A DNA stretch of 32,022 nt from an uncultured Thermoplasmatales archaeon. GTDB lineage: Archaea; Thermoplasmatota; E2; DHVEG-1. The stretch lies in assembly GCA_964517155.1 (NCBI GenBank), contig CAZFAZ010000067.1, positions 1 to 32,022 of the forward strand. The letters run 5' to 3'. Each line of letters opens with the position of its first letter. Within the stretch, counting starts at the first letter, position 1. A program made the translations under genes and the position numbers. The notes under the pieces were generated by a model, which made no database searches, was not told the DNA's origin, and was given only the letters and a program-made list of their open reading frames with translations. Positions 8,349-17,487 of the stretch are shown here, one piece after another.

Positions 8349-9356
8349 TTAAAAAATTATGCTTAAATCCTGGCCACAGCTCTTGCACTTACCCCTATCC
8401 AGCTTATTTAAATTTACAGAAAAACCAACCCTTTTTATACAAATACTACCGCATTTAGGACAAACAGTATCTTCATACTCTCCACTTGCAACATTACCAA
8501 GGTAAACAAAAGAAAGACCAGTTTTCTTTGCAATATTAAAAACATTAATCAGCGTATCCATCGGAGTACGAGAAACATTAAGCATATTATGATCAGGATG
8601 AAAACGGCTAAAATGAACAGGAATATTTCCCCCCAGTTTTTCAACGACCCACAAACAAAACTTTTCAACTTCTTCACTTGAATCATTATAACCTGGTATT
8701 ACTAGATACGTAAGCTCAATATGAATGCCCAACTCCTTTGCTAAAACACATGTATCCAAAACAGGCTGCAAACGTGCATTACAAACCTTTCTATAAAACT
8801 CTTCAGTAAAACCCTTAACATCAATATTCATTGCATCTAAAACACAAGAAATCTGCTTTAAAGGCTCTTTTGAAATATAACCATTTGTAACATAAACAGT
8901 ATACAAACCCTGTTTCTTTGCAAGCTTTGCACAATCCAAAGTAAATTCATACCAGATACTAGGCTCATTATAAGTAAAAGCAATACCTCCGCAATCCTGC
9001 TCCTTTGCATGTTTTATAACATCCTCCGAGGTAATTTCACGACTATAAGAAAAATCAGGTTTTGCAGTAGAAATATCATAATTCTGACAATGAAGACAAC
9101 TAAAATTACAGCCAACCGCACCAATAGAAAAAACACTACTACCCGGATGAAAATGATACAAAGGTTTTTTTTCAATCGGATCTACCGCCATAGAAGAACA
9201 AAGACCATAAATCAAACTGTAAAGTTTACCCTCTTTATTTTGCCTAACACCACAAACACCTGTATCACCCTCAGTTATCCTACAATTATGACTGCAAAGA
9301 TTACATTGAACCTTTGAATTTTCTAATTTTTTGTAAAAACTTGCTTCTTTTATCAT
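8349..9356 (-). CDS. amrS: AmmeMemoRadiSam system radical SAM enzyme (PFL-activase-like)
   Basis: CNLCSHNC N-terminal cluster, DPIEKKPLYHFHPG, CNFSCLHCQN, AFTYNEP, HFSRFHP, C-terminal CPKC/CKSC. Confidence 0.88.
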   Translation of the reverse strand: MIKEASFYKKLENSKVQCNLCSHNCRITEGDTGVCGVRQNKEGKLYSLIYGLCSSMAVDPIEKKPLYHFHPGSSVFSIGAVGCNFSCLHCQNYDISTAKPDFSYSREITSEDVIKHAKEQDCGGIAFTYNEPSIWYEFTLDCAKLAKKQGLYTVYVTNGYISKEPLKQISCVLDAMNIDVKGFTEEFYRKVCNARLQPVLDTCVLAKELGIHIELTYLVIPGYNDSSEEVEKFCLWVVEKLGGNIPVHFSRFHPDHNMLNVSRTPMDTLINVFNIAKKTGLSFVYLGNVASGEYEDTVCPKCGSICIKRVGFSVNLNKLDRGKCKSCGQDLSIIF

Positions 9357-9393
9357 TTACAATTAGTAAAAAACACAATAATTGTTTAAAAAC

Positions 9394-10707
9394 CTATTGC
9401 CCAAGAACTAAACCTTTCACATTTAAAAGATTACCACTTTTTGGATATTTATCATTTATCTGAGGCTCCATTTTATTATAATCCTCAAGCTCAGGGGTAT
9501 TTCTTAAAACATATTTAGCATAATAAAATGCTTCTTCTACAGAAACACTACCATCTCTAAACAAATTCAGACGAGTAGGACGACCTGTATCACGCAAACC
9601 AGGTCTAAAACCATCTGCATCTCCTGTTTTAATACCTTCAAACCAAAGCAAAGTAAAAAGTGGACCATGTTCCATACTTGCATAACCTACACGAAACTTA
9701 CTAGCACCAGATATAAGTACACGACCAGGCTTTGCAAGACCTGATTTAAACGCAAAAATCTCAGAAAAACCAAATATAGTTTTATCAGCAAAACCACCGC
9801 TAAAACAAGCATCAACCATAACACATGTTTTACGAGATTTAAGAGTAGCAAGAGCATCGCCTATTTCTTTATCATTTATCATCTCTTCATCCCATAAAAA
9901 TATAGAGCTACGCTCTAAAATTTTGCCACCTGTCAAAACATTATCATTATCACCCTGGCCATGACTAGAAATCCAAATAAAAACTTCGCTGTCTTCAAAA
10001 TTATTTGACTCCTGTACAATATGTTCAAGAGTAGATAAAACAATATTTTTAGTCGCAGCTGAATAAGTTATACCATGCTTATTATAGCGCTGCTGCAAAG
10101 TATATATTTTTTCTCCAAGACCATTATTATCTCTAATCCAGCCATCATCAAAAAGAATGAAAATATTAGAAGCAGGATAATTATAATTTTCAATAAAATA
10201 TTCAGCCATTTCTTCAGCTAGATATAAACCGCCGTTACCAAGTTTACTTTCTTCATCTACAGGAAAATTTGCAGCAACTATAAATGCCGCCCATTTATTA
10301 GACAAAACATTGGTAGATTCAGATTTAAAAACCTTAACTGTTATCTCATCAATATCTGAAAAAACTGCACCATCCCAAGCACGAGCAGAAATATCGTAAA
10401 AACCATCAGTTAAATCAAAAATATTCCAGGTGTAACTCCACTGAGCAGTTCCCTCAACCTCAAACCAGGTATCATTTATCATTATCTCAACTTTCTTAAT
10501 TGTCTGATCACCATCTGGATCTGTTGCAATACCTGAAATTGTTACAATATTTGAAACTGTTGAATCATGTTTTGGATACTGTATTTCAACTGTTGGTTTA
10601 TCATTGTATACTCTTTCTTCTTTAAAATAACCTGAAAAAATAGCAAACACTAGTAATAAAATAACAAGTATTGATATTACTGAAATTAAGACTTTTGTGA
10701 TATTCAT
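9394..10707 (-). CDS. Membrane-anchored Ig-like domain + caspase/legumain-like (clan CD) cysteine peptidase
   Basis: N-terminal TM; Ig-like PTVEIQYP...ISGIATDPDG...WSYTW...ARAWDG; catalytic dyad motifs FIWISSHG and MVDACFSGG. Confidence 0.8.
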   Translation of the reverse strand: MNITKVLISVISILVILLLVFAIFSGYFKEERVYNDKPTVEIQYPKHDSTVSNIVTISGIATDPDGDQTIKKVEIMINDTWFEVEGTAQWSYTWNIFDLTDGFYDISARAWDGAVFSDIDEITVKVFKSESTNVLSNKWAAFIVAANFPVDEESKLGNGGLYLAEEMAEYFIENYNYPASNIFILFDDGWIRDNNGLGEKIYTLQQRYNKHGITYSAATKNIVLSTLEHIVQESNNFEDSEVFIWISSHGQGDNDNVLTGGKILERSSIFLWDEEMINDKEIGDALATLKSRKTCVMVDACFSGGFADKTIFGFSEIFAFKSGLAKPGRVLISGASKFRVGYASMEHGPLFTLLWFEGIKTGDADGFRPGLRDTGRPTRLNLFRDGSVSVEEAFYYAKYVLRNTPELEDYNKMEPQINDKYPKSGNLLNVKGLVLGQ

Positions 10708-10838
10708 AGTTCTTACAATATAATATGTTATATTTTATAATTTAAAAACTTTGTTTAACAGTCATATCCCAATATATATATTCAAAAACTTTATCACATT
10801 GCTTTTGTTTCCGCAAAATAACAAATGAGGCGATACAT

Positions 10839-11867
10839 TTGAAAAAAATGACATATGCCGATACGGGAGTAGACATAATAAAAGAAGAAAAGGCAATAAA
10901 ACAAATAATCTCTAGTTTTAAAACAAAAAGGAAAGACAAAATCGGTAAACCAATGGGTGGACACTACGCAGGCATGATAGAGTTTGGAGAAAATGCTTTA
11001 GTTTTATGCACAGATGGAGTTGGAAGCAAAGTATTAATTGCCCATGAACTAAAAAAATATGATACAGTAGGAATCGATTGTATCGCAATGAATGTAAACG
11101 ATGCAATATGTGTAGGCGCAGAACCTCTAGCATTTGTCGATTATCTTGCAATTGATGATCCAAAACCAGAAATCACAAAAGAAATTGGCAAAGGCCTTGA
11201 AAAAGGAGCAGCATTATCAAACATATCAATAATTAGCGGTGAGACTGCATCACTACCTGAGATAATAAATGGTTTTGATCTTGCAGGAACATGTCTAGCA
11301 TATGTAAAAAAAGACAAAATAGTCACAGGTGAAAAAATAAAACCAGGAGATGTAATAATCGGGCTTTCAAGCACTGGTATTCACTCAAACGGATATAGTC
11401 TTGCAAGAAAAGTAGTAACAGAAAACAATTTTTCATACAAAGATAAATTTCCAGATAATTTGTATCCTGGTAAAACAATAGGAGAAATATATCTTACACC
11501 TACTCAAATTTATGTAAAAGAAACAGTAGCACTACTTAAAAAAATAAATGTACATGGCGTTGCGCATGTAACTGGAAGCGGACTTAAAAAACTACAAAGA
11601 ATAAACAAAAATGTAAAATTTGTAATTGATGACCCTTTTGAGCCGCAACCTGTATTTAGATTCATACAAAAATACGGCGACATAGCTGATCATGAAATGT
11701 ATCAAACTTTTAACATGGGAATGGGGCTTATAATCGTTGTATCAAAAAAAGATGCAAATGAATCACTTAAAATTTTAAAGAAACACAGCCTTTCCGATGT
11801 AAAAATTGTTGGTAGAATTGAAAAAGGAAAAGGTGTTTTACACGAACCGCTTAGTTTAAGATTCTAA
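10839..11867 (+). CDS. purM: Phosphoribosylformylglycinamidine cyclo-ligase (AIR synthetase)
   Basis: TYADTGVDI, TDGVGSK, GIDCIAMNVND, GETASLP, SSTGIHSNGYSL, AHVTGSG, TFNMGMG. Confidence 0.97.
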   Translation: MKKMTYADTGVDIIKEEKAIKQIISSFKTKRKDKIGKPMGGHYAGMIEFGENALVLCTDGVGSKVLIAHELKKYDTVGIDCIAMNVNDAICVGAEPLAFVDYLAIDDPKPEITKEIGKGLEKGAALSNISIISGETASLPEIINGFDLAGTCLAYVKKDKIVTGEKIKPGDVIIGLSSTGIHSNGYSLARKVVTENNFSYKDKFPDNLYPGKTIGEIYLTPTQIYVKETVALLKKINVHGVAHVTGSGLKKLQRINKNVKFVIDDPFEPQPVFRFIQKYGDIADHEMYQTFNMGMGLIIVVSKKDANESLKILKKHSLSDVKIVGRIEKGKGVLHEPLSLRF

Positions 11868-11905
11868 CAAAAAAACAGATACTTAGCAAGTTTATTATCT
11901 GATAA

Positions 11906-12652
11906 TCATAAGAAAAATATTAGATACATTAAACTTAGAAGTACAGGTTGATGAATAAAATAAATTACCAATGAATTTCTACCTAAAAAAGACATAGGTT
12001 TTACAAAAATATTTGATGATAAATCTTTGATAGAATATCTGCGCTTTGCATCAGTATATAACAAGTTTCCAACAGAAATGCCAATTAAAAAAACACCAAA
12101 CCATGGAAGAAGAGGAAAAAAATCAATCCATGCAAAATTTTTAGGTAAAAAACCAAAAGGGATCAACCAATTAAAACCAAAAGTTAATGTTTTAAGATAC
12201 AAACCAGCTACAACCAAAGAAAAACCAAAAACAATGTTTAGATATGTAGTTTTAATAAATGGAGTTGAAAAGATAACTGATATACTAATACAATGCAATA
12301 TCCCAAAAACAACAAAAATCTCTGGTAAAAAAATATATGAAACAAATGTTATAATCAATCCTAAAGAAAAAATAAAAATACCTCTTTTTATAAATTTAAT
12401 TTTAATTTGTTTTTCTGAAAATTTGTTTTTTAATTTAGAGTAATTTAATGTTAGTGAAACCCCTGCAAATAACACAAAAACTGTTGGAACAATGCTTGCT
12501 AAATATGGAATTATTCCAGAATACAAACGCCATTTAATTATTGAAAAATGCTGCAAATCATACAAAAAATGAAAAACAATCATTACAATTAATGCAATAC
12601 CTCGTAAAAAATCTATCTCCCAGAGTCTCCCATCTCCATTTCGCAGTATCAT
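11906..12652 (-). CDS. DUF1624 / heparan-alpha-glucosaminide N-acetyltransferase-like membrane protein (copy 1)
   Basis: RLWEIDFLRGIA..MIVFH, FGILHCI, DFFPLLPWFG, LGRNSLVIYFIHQP; multiple TM helices. Confidence 0.88.
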   Translation of the reverse strand: MILRNGDGRLWEIDFLRGIALIVMIVFHFLYDLQHFSIIKWRLYSGIIPYLASIVPTVFVLFAGVSLTLNYSKLKNKFSEKQIKIKFIKRGIFIFSLGLIITFVSYIFLPEIFVVFGILHCISISVIFSTPFIKTTYLNIVFGFSLVVAGLYLKTLTFGFNWLIPFGFLPKNFAWIDFFPLLPWFGVFLIGISVGNLLYTDAKRRYSIKDLSSNIFVKPMSFLGRNSLVIYFIHQPVLLSLMYLIFFL

Positions 12653-12710
12653 AAATACAGCATCCTCTAATAATAAAGTGGTTTATTAATTTTAAAGAAA
12701 AAATAAAGTA

Positions 12711-12735
12711 TTGCAATATAGCAACTATATCGCAA
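12711..12735 (-). terminator. Stem-loop followed by a U-rich tract; putative terminator (or operator) between the DUF1624 paralogs
   Basis: TTGCAATATAG-CAA-CTATATCGCAA, 11-bp arms; the single mismatch is a G-U pair on the minus-strand RNA; followed on the minus strand by TACTTTATTTTTTCTTT. Confidence 0.55.
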
Positions 12736-12757
12736 AATCCGCAGAAAAAAATTACAA

Positions 12758-13513
12758 CTATAAAAATATTAGATAAATCAAAATTAAAATTATTGGCTGA
12801 TGAACAAAATATACAAAAAGAGAATGCTTACCTAGAAAACAAAAAATTTTTACGAATTTAAACCTAGAAAAATCATTGATATGAAAACTTCTTTTACAGC
12901 CGATATACAAAGTATTCCCAATAAAAATACCAATTAAAACGACACCAAACCAAGGCAAAAGTGGAAAATAATCAATAGTATAAAAGCCTCTTGGAACAAA
13001 GCCTACCCATAACAGATAAGCAAAACCAAAAACCATTGTTTTAAGAACTATTCCAATAAATATCAAAACTATGCCTAAAAATAAATTACTAAACCTGTAT
13101 TTTAAGAAAGGAATAGAAAAAATTATACAAAGACCAATACAGTGTAACACTCCAAATATTATAAAACCACGATCTAGGAAAAACCAGGTAACAACAGTAA
13201 TTATAAGCCCTAAACAAAAAATCATTATTCCTCTTTTTATAAATTTTAAAAAAATCTCTTTTTCTGATAAAACATTTTTAATTTTGGAATAACTAAGAGT
13301 CAGAGAAACACCAACAAGTAAAAGAAAAATAGTTCCAATAGAACGCAAAAACAAAAGATTCAAACCAGAATACAGATTTATTTTAACAATACCTAAAAAT
13401 TCAAGATCAAATAATATATGAAAAACAATCATCATAATAATTGCAACGCCACGGAGAAAATCTATCTCCCAGAATCTCTCATTTTTAGTTTTACTCACAA
13501 AAAGGTAAAACAA
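12758..13513 (-). CDS. DUF1624 / heparan-alpha-glucosaminide N-acetyltransferase-like membrane protein (copy 2); start may be the GTG at 13498
   Basis: RFWEIDFLRGVA..MIVFH, FGVLHCI, DYFPLLPWFG, LGKHSLFVYFVHQP. Confidence 0.88.
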   Translation of the reverse strand: MFYLFVSKTKNERFWEIDFLRGVAIIMMIVFHILFDLEFLGIVKINLYSGLNLLFLRSIGTIFLLLVGVSLTLSYSKIKNVLSEKEIFLKFIKRGIMIFCLGLIITVVTWFFLDRGFIIFGVLHCIGLCIIFSIPFLKYRFSNLFLGIVLIFIGIVLKTMVFGFAYLLWVGFVPRGFYTIDYFPLLPWFGVVLIGIFIGNTLYIGCKRSFHINDFSRFKFVKIFCFLGKHSLFVYFVHQPIILILIYLIFL

Positions 13514-13545
13514 AACAGTTTATTTAAAAAAATTGATAAAAAAAG

Positions 13546-13620
13546 TAGCGGGGAATGGATTTGAACCATTGATCTACGGGTTATGGGCCCGTCGGGATTT
13601 CCTGGCTACCCCACCCCGCT
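13546..13620 (-). tRNA. Initiator tRNA-Met (CAT)
   Basis: Reverse complement AGCGGGGTGGGGTAGCCAGGAAATCCCGACGGGCCCATAACCCGTAGATCAATGGTTCAAATCCATTCCCCGCTA folds as a cloverleaf; A1-U72 pair and three G-C pairs in the anticodon stem mark an archaeal initiator; CCA not encoded. Confidence 0.95.
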
Positions 13621-13757
13621 ATAAAATACAGGTAGCCTTCCTGTTTTCTTTTCGGAATAACGTTTCTTATACTTAAAGTTAATACATTACAAAATAAAAA
13701 ATCAATATAAAAATATTTATTAACTATACTTATGATTGATAAATGAGGTTTTTGAAT

Positions 13758-13961
13758 ATGGATATTCAGACTCATCTCATCAAAAAAGTTGCAAATGATT
13801 CGAGATTCTGTACAAATTGTGATAAACAAATACTTAAAGGAGAAGTATACCATCTGGAAGAAGGAATTAACCAGCATATTCATTCACTATTAGCACGTAA
13901 TTTCTGCTCAAATTGTTATGCAAAATATGGTGAGAAAAAACTTTTGAAAGGCAATGAATAA
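13758..13961 (+). CDS. Small putative zinc-finger protein (CxxC...CxxC)
   Basis: CTNC..I.KGE.Y...FCSNC; SD-like GAGGT at 13745-13749 favours the ATG at 13758 over 13743. Confidence 0.7.
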   Translation: MDIQTHLIKKVANDSRFCTNCDKQILKGEVYHLEEGINQHIHSLLARNFCSNCYAKYGEKKLLKGNE

Positions 13962-14041
13962 ACATTAAAAATCAAAAAATTAATGTTTTTTTGCAAAAAG
14001 TTTTATGAGTGATATGTATATTAGTGGTCTTCCTAGTTTAT

Positions 14042-14145
14042 GCAGGGGTACCCGAGCGGTCAAAGGGGCAGGGCTTAGGAATGTTTCTAAGCATTAAGAT
14101 ACCCTGTGACGTAGGTCTTCGAGCGTTCAAATCGCTCCCCCTGCA
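14042..14145 (+). tRNA. tRNA-Leu (TAG) with a 21-nt intron at position 37/38 (14080-14100)
   Basis: GCAGGGG...CCCCTGC-A acceptor stem; anticodon arm CAGGG-CT-TAG-G|intron|A-CCCTG; long variable arm; GTTCAAATC T loop; BHB motif with CTTA/TAAG helix and GGA and ATA bulges. Confidence 0.95.
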
Positions 14146-14161
14146 CTAATAATTAAGCGGT

Positions 14162-14707
14162 GTGCAAGTTATGAAAATTATTGCTTTTACAGGTATGCCT
14201 TTTTCTGGTAAATCCGAAGCTGTAAAAATTGCAAAAGAACAAAATATTCCTGTTATTCGCATGGGCGATATGGTTTGGCAAGAAACAAAAAAACAAGGTT
14301 TTGAACTAAACGACAAAAACGTAGGCACAGTTGCAAATAACATGCGAAAAGAACATGGAATGAACATTTGGGCAGTAAAAACAATTGAAAAAATCAAAAA
14401 AATAAAAGATACAGATATTTTAGTAATCGATGGTGTTAGAAATCTACAAGAAGTTGAAACTTTTAAAAAAAAATTAGGTGATGATTTTTTACTTGTTGCA
14501 GTTAAAGTATCTGATCATCTGCGCTATCAACGCGCTATGATCCGAGGCAGACAAGACGACAGCAAAAATTTAACAAAAATCAAAGAGCGCGATAAACGTG
14601 AGCTTGAGTGGGGTTTAAACAAAGTTATTGATTCTGCAGATATAATTATTTCAAATGAAGGGACTCTTGAAGAACTGCATGATAAGATTAAACAGGTTTT
14701 TACATAG
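14162..14707 (+). CDS. P-loop nucleotide kinase, dephospho-CoA-kinase-like (UPF0200-type); start likely the ATG at 14171
   Basis: TGMPFSGKS P-loop, MGDMV, VIDGVR, RGRQDD, ERDKRELEWG, ADIIISNEG. Confidence 0.8.
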   Translation: MQVMKIIAFTGMPFSGKSEAVKIAKEQNIPVIRMGDMVWQETKKQGFELNDKNVGTVANNMRKEHGMNIWAVKTIEKIKKIKDTDILVIDGVRNLQEVETFKKKLGDDFLLVAVKVSDHLRYQRAMIRGRQDDSKNLTKIKERDKRELEWGLNKVIDSADIIISNEGTLEELHDKIKQVFT

Positions 14708-14767
14708 TAAAACGATAAACTTATCTAGGGTTTGTTTGATGTTCGGCTGCAAGGGGTATAAAGTTTT

Positions 14768-15016
14768 ATGTTTGAAGCAAAAGTTACAATAGGTTTAAAA
14801 AAAGGAGTATCTGACCCAGAAGGAGTAAACACACTTAAAGCATTAAAACTACTTGGTTTTGACAATGTTGTTGAGGCAAAAACTACAAGAACCGTTGATA
14901 TTTTAATCGATGGAAAAAATGAAAGCGACGTGCGAAAAAGCGTTGAGCAGATGTGTCAGCGTTTGCTTACTAACCCTGTTGTTCATACTTATGAAATCAA
15001 GATTATAAAAAAATAA
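14768..15016 (+). CDS. purS: FGAM synthase subunit PurS
   Basis: LKKGVSDPEG, MCQRLLTNPV; immediately upstream of purL. Confidence 0.95.
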   Translation: MFEAKVTIGLKKGVSDPEGVNTLKALKLLGFDNVVEAKTTRTVDILIDGKNESDVRKSVEQMCQRLLTNPVVHTYEIKIIKK

Positions 15017-15033
15017 AAGATTCCGGGGAATTA

Positions 15034-17391
15034 TTGGTGAACATTGATAAATTATTTAAGAAAAAAACTGACAAGTTTGAACGCTACGAAGTTGATGTAT
15101 TTTCTGCATCTGATACAGAACTTGTAAAAATCTCAAATAAAATGGGGCTTGCCCTTGCCTTGCCTGAGATGAAAAATATACAAACATATTTTAAAGATAA
15201 AAATCGCCTTCCAACTGATATCGAACTTCAAGCTCTTGGTCAAGCATGGAGTGAACACTGCTGTTATAAATCTAGCAAAGTACCATTAAAACAACATGTT
15301 TTTGGAATCGCAGAAGACAAAATTGTAGCAAGAGAAGATGCAGGAATAATTGAGTTTGACAAAGAGCATTATTATTGTGCCGCGCTTGAATCACATAATC
15401 ATCCAAGTGCAGTTGAACCCTATGGCGGTGCTGCAACAGGAGTCGGTGGCATCGTGAGAGACGTAATTTGCATGGGAGCTCAACCAATTGCCTATATCGA
15501 TCCATTGTTTTTTGGACCTCTTGATTTACCACAAAGCAAACTACCAAAAGGTGTAAAACACCCCCGGTTTTTGTTTAAAGGTGTAGTCGACGGCATCCGT
15601 GATTACGGCAATCGTATTGGCATTCCTACTCTTTCAGGACAGGTATATTTTCATAAAGGATATACTGGAAACTGTCTGGTAAATGTCGGCTGCATAGGTA
15701 TCATGAAAAAAAAAGAGCTCATTCATAGCTGTGCAAAGGCACCAGGTAATGTTTATGTGTATGTCGGTGGAAAAACTGGTCGTGACGGTATTCATGGTGT
15801 AACATTTGCTAGTACCGAGCTTAAGGATGACAGTGAAGAAAGCAGCAGATCAGCTGTACAGGTAGGCGATCCGATTACAAAAGAGCCTGTCATGCATGTA
15901 ACTCTTGAATGCAACCGCAAAGGACTACTTGAAGGTTTAAAGGATTTTGGAGGAGGAGGACTATCTTGCGTTAGTGGAGAGCTTGCGTATGCCGCAGGTT
16001 TTGGCGCAGAAATAGTACTTGATCATATACCACTTAAAGAAGAAGGTCTTTTGCCTTGGGAGATATGGGTGTCCGAAAGCCAGGAGCGTATGATGTTTCT
16101 TGTTGCACCTGAAAATGTAAACGAAGTCTTACATATCTGTAAACAATGGGATGTAACAGCCGAAGTTGTAGGACAAGTTATTTCTGAAAAAATTACTCGT
16201 GTAATCTATAAAGGCGTAAAAATCCTTGAAATGGATATGGATTTTTATACAGGTGGACCAGTATATGATACTTGTCAGCGTCCATTTTCAATTATAGAGA
16301 AAAAAGAGATAAAAGACCCTGATTTTAAAATACCAGATTTAAATGACGCTATTAAAAAATTAATAGGAAGTCACAATATTGCTTCAAAGGAATGGGTTAT
16401 AAGACAGTACGACCACGAAGTCCGTGGAAATACTGTTATAAAACCGTTACAGGGAAAAATCAACTTTGAAACGCATGGTGATGCAACTGTTTTAAAACCA
16501 CTTGAAGAAAGTTTCAGAGGTATCGCCGTAACAGCAAATGTTAATCCCAGGTTTATGGAACGTGATCAATATTGGGGTGCAATTTCTGCAATAGATGAAA
16601 CATGTAGAAATCTTGTATCGGTTGGTGCGGCTCCTGATTCACTTCTTGATTGTCTTAATTTTGGAAACCCTGAAAAACCTGAGAAAATGGGTGAGCTTTA
16701 TGAAGCATGCAGAGGCCTTGGCGATGCCGCACGTGAACTTAAACTGCCTTTTATGAGTGGAAACGTTAGTCTTTATAATGAATCAGTTAAAACATCGGTT
16801 CCACCAACACCCGAAATAATGGGTGTTGGAATTGTCGAAGATATTCGCAAATGTGTAACATCTGATTTTAAATCAGAAGGAAATCTTGTGTATCTAGTTG
16901 GTAAAGAAACCGAGAAAGAACTGGGTGGATCTGAGTATTATAAAGTTCTTAAAGTCGATGGAGGCATTGTTCCAAAAACAGATTTAAATATCTTAAAAAA
17001 AGCTATGAATGCAATACTTTCATTAATTGATAAAAAACAAATTGTTTCTTGTCATGATATAAGCGAGGGCGGCCTTGGTGTATGCATCTCTGAGATGTGC
17101 ATAGGTTCAAACCTTGGTGCAGAAGTAGATTTAAGCAATGTTTCAAAGGATTTACGCTCTGATTTTAAACTGTTTTCAGAAAGTAATACTAGATGGATTG
17201 TAGAAGTTAAAAAAGAAAAACAGAAAGATTTCGAAAAAACTTTAAAAGAAAATAAAACCAGTTTTGTTAAAATTGGTCAGATAAAATCTGATAAAATATT
17301 AATAAAAGATAACGGTAAAACAATAATTGATCAAAAAATAAGTGATTTAAAAGATATCTGGAAAAATGCAATTTGGGATATAATGGGATAA
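15034..17391 (+). CDS. purL: FGAM synthase subunit PurL (small type)
   Basis: WSEHCCYKSS, ESHNHPS.VEPYGGAATGVGG..RD, TGRDGIHG, QVGDP, SESQERM, QYDHEV, DCLNFGNP, SGNVSLYN, HDISEGG. Confidence 0.97.
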   Translation: MVNIDKLFKKKTDKFERYEVDVFSASDTELVKISNKMGLALALPEMKNIQTYFKDKNRLPTDIELQALGQAWSEHCCYKSSKVPLKQHVFGIAEDKIVAREDAGIIEFDKEHYYCAALESHNHPSAVEPYGGAATGVGGIVRDVICMGAQPIAYIDPLFFGPLDLPQSKLPKGVKHPRFLFKGVVDGIRDYGNRIGIPTLSGQVYFHKGYTGNCLVNVGCIGIMKKKELIHSCAKAPGNVYVYVGGKTGRDGIHGVTFASTELKDDSEESSRSAVQVGDPITKEPVMHVTLECNRKGLLEGLKDFGGGGLSCVSGELAYAAGFGAEIVLDHIPLKEEGLLPWEIWVSESQERMMFLVAPENVNEVLHICKQWDVTAEVVGQVISEKITRVIYKGVKILEMDMDFYTGGPVYDTCQRPFSIIEKKEIKDPDFKIPDLNDAIKKLIGSHNIASKEWVIRQYDHEVRGNTVIKPLQGKINFETHGDATVLKPLEESFRGIAVTANVNPRFMERDQYWGAISAIDETCRNLVSVGAAPDSLLDCLNFGNPEKPEKMGELYEACRGLGDAARELKLPFMSGNVSLYNESVKTSVPPTPEIMGVGIVEDIRKCVTSDFKSEGNLVYLVGKETEKELGGSEYYKVLKVDGGIVPKTDLNILKKAMNAILSLIDKKQIVSCHDISEGGLGVCISEMCIGSNLGAEVDLSNVSKDLRSDFKLFSESNTRWIVEVKKEKQKDFEKTLKENKTSFVKIGQIKSDKILIKDNGKTIIDQKISDLKDIWKNAIWDIMG

Positions 17392-17427
17392 AAAACTATA
17401 ACAACTCTTATTTATTTACTATTCTTA

Positions 17428-17484
17428 GTGATGAACGAACCCTTTCTGAGTCTTTTAGACTATGATGAAGATCTTGAGTGCTGA
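17428..17484 (+). ncRNA. Archaeal C/D-box guide sRNA
   Basis: C box GTGATGA (17428-34), 11-nt guide, D' CTGA (17446-49), AGTCT-TTT-AGACT hairpin, C' ATGATGA (17462-68), 12-nt guide AGATCTTGAGTG, D CTGA (17481-84); lies between convergent genes. Confidence 0.9.
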
Positions 17485-17487
17485 ATT

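Noticed and set aside
13581..13883. 100-aa minus-strand ORF
   Set aside because: Runs into the initiator tRNA, is antisense to the zinc-finger ORF and has no recognisable motifs.
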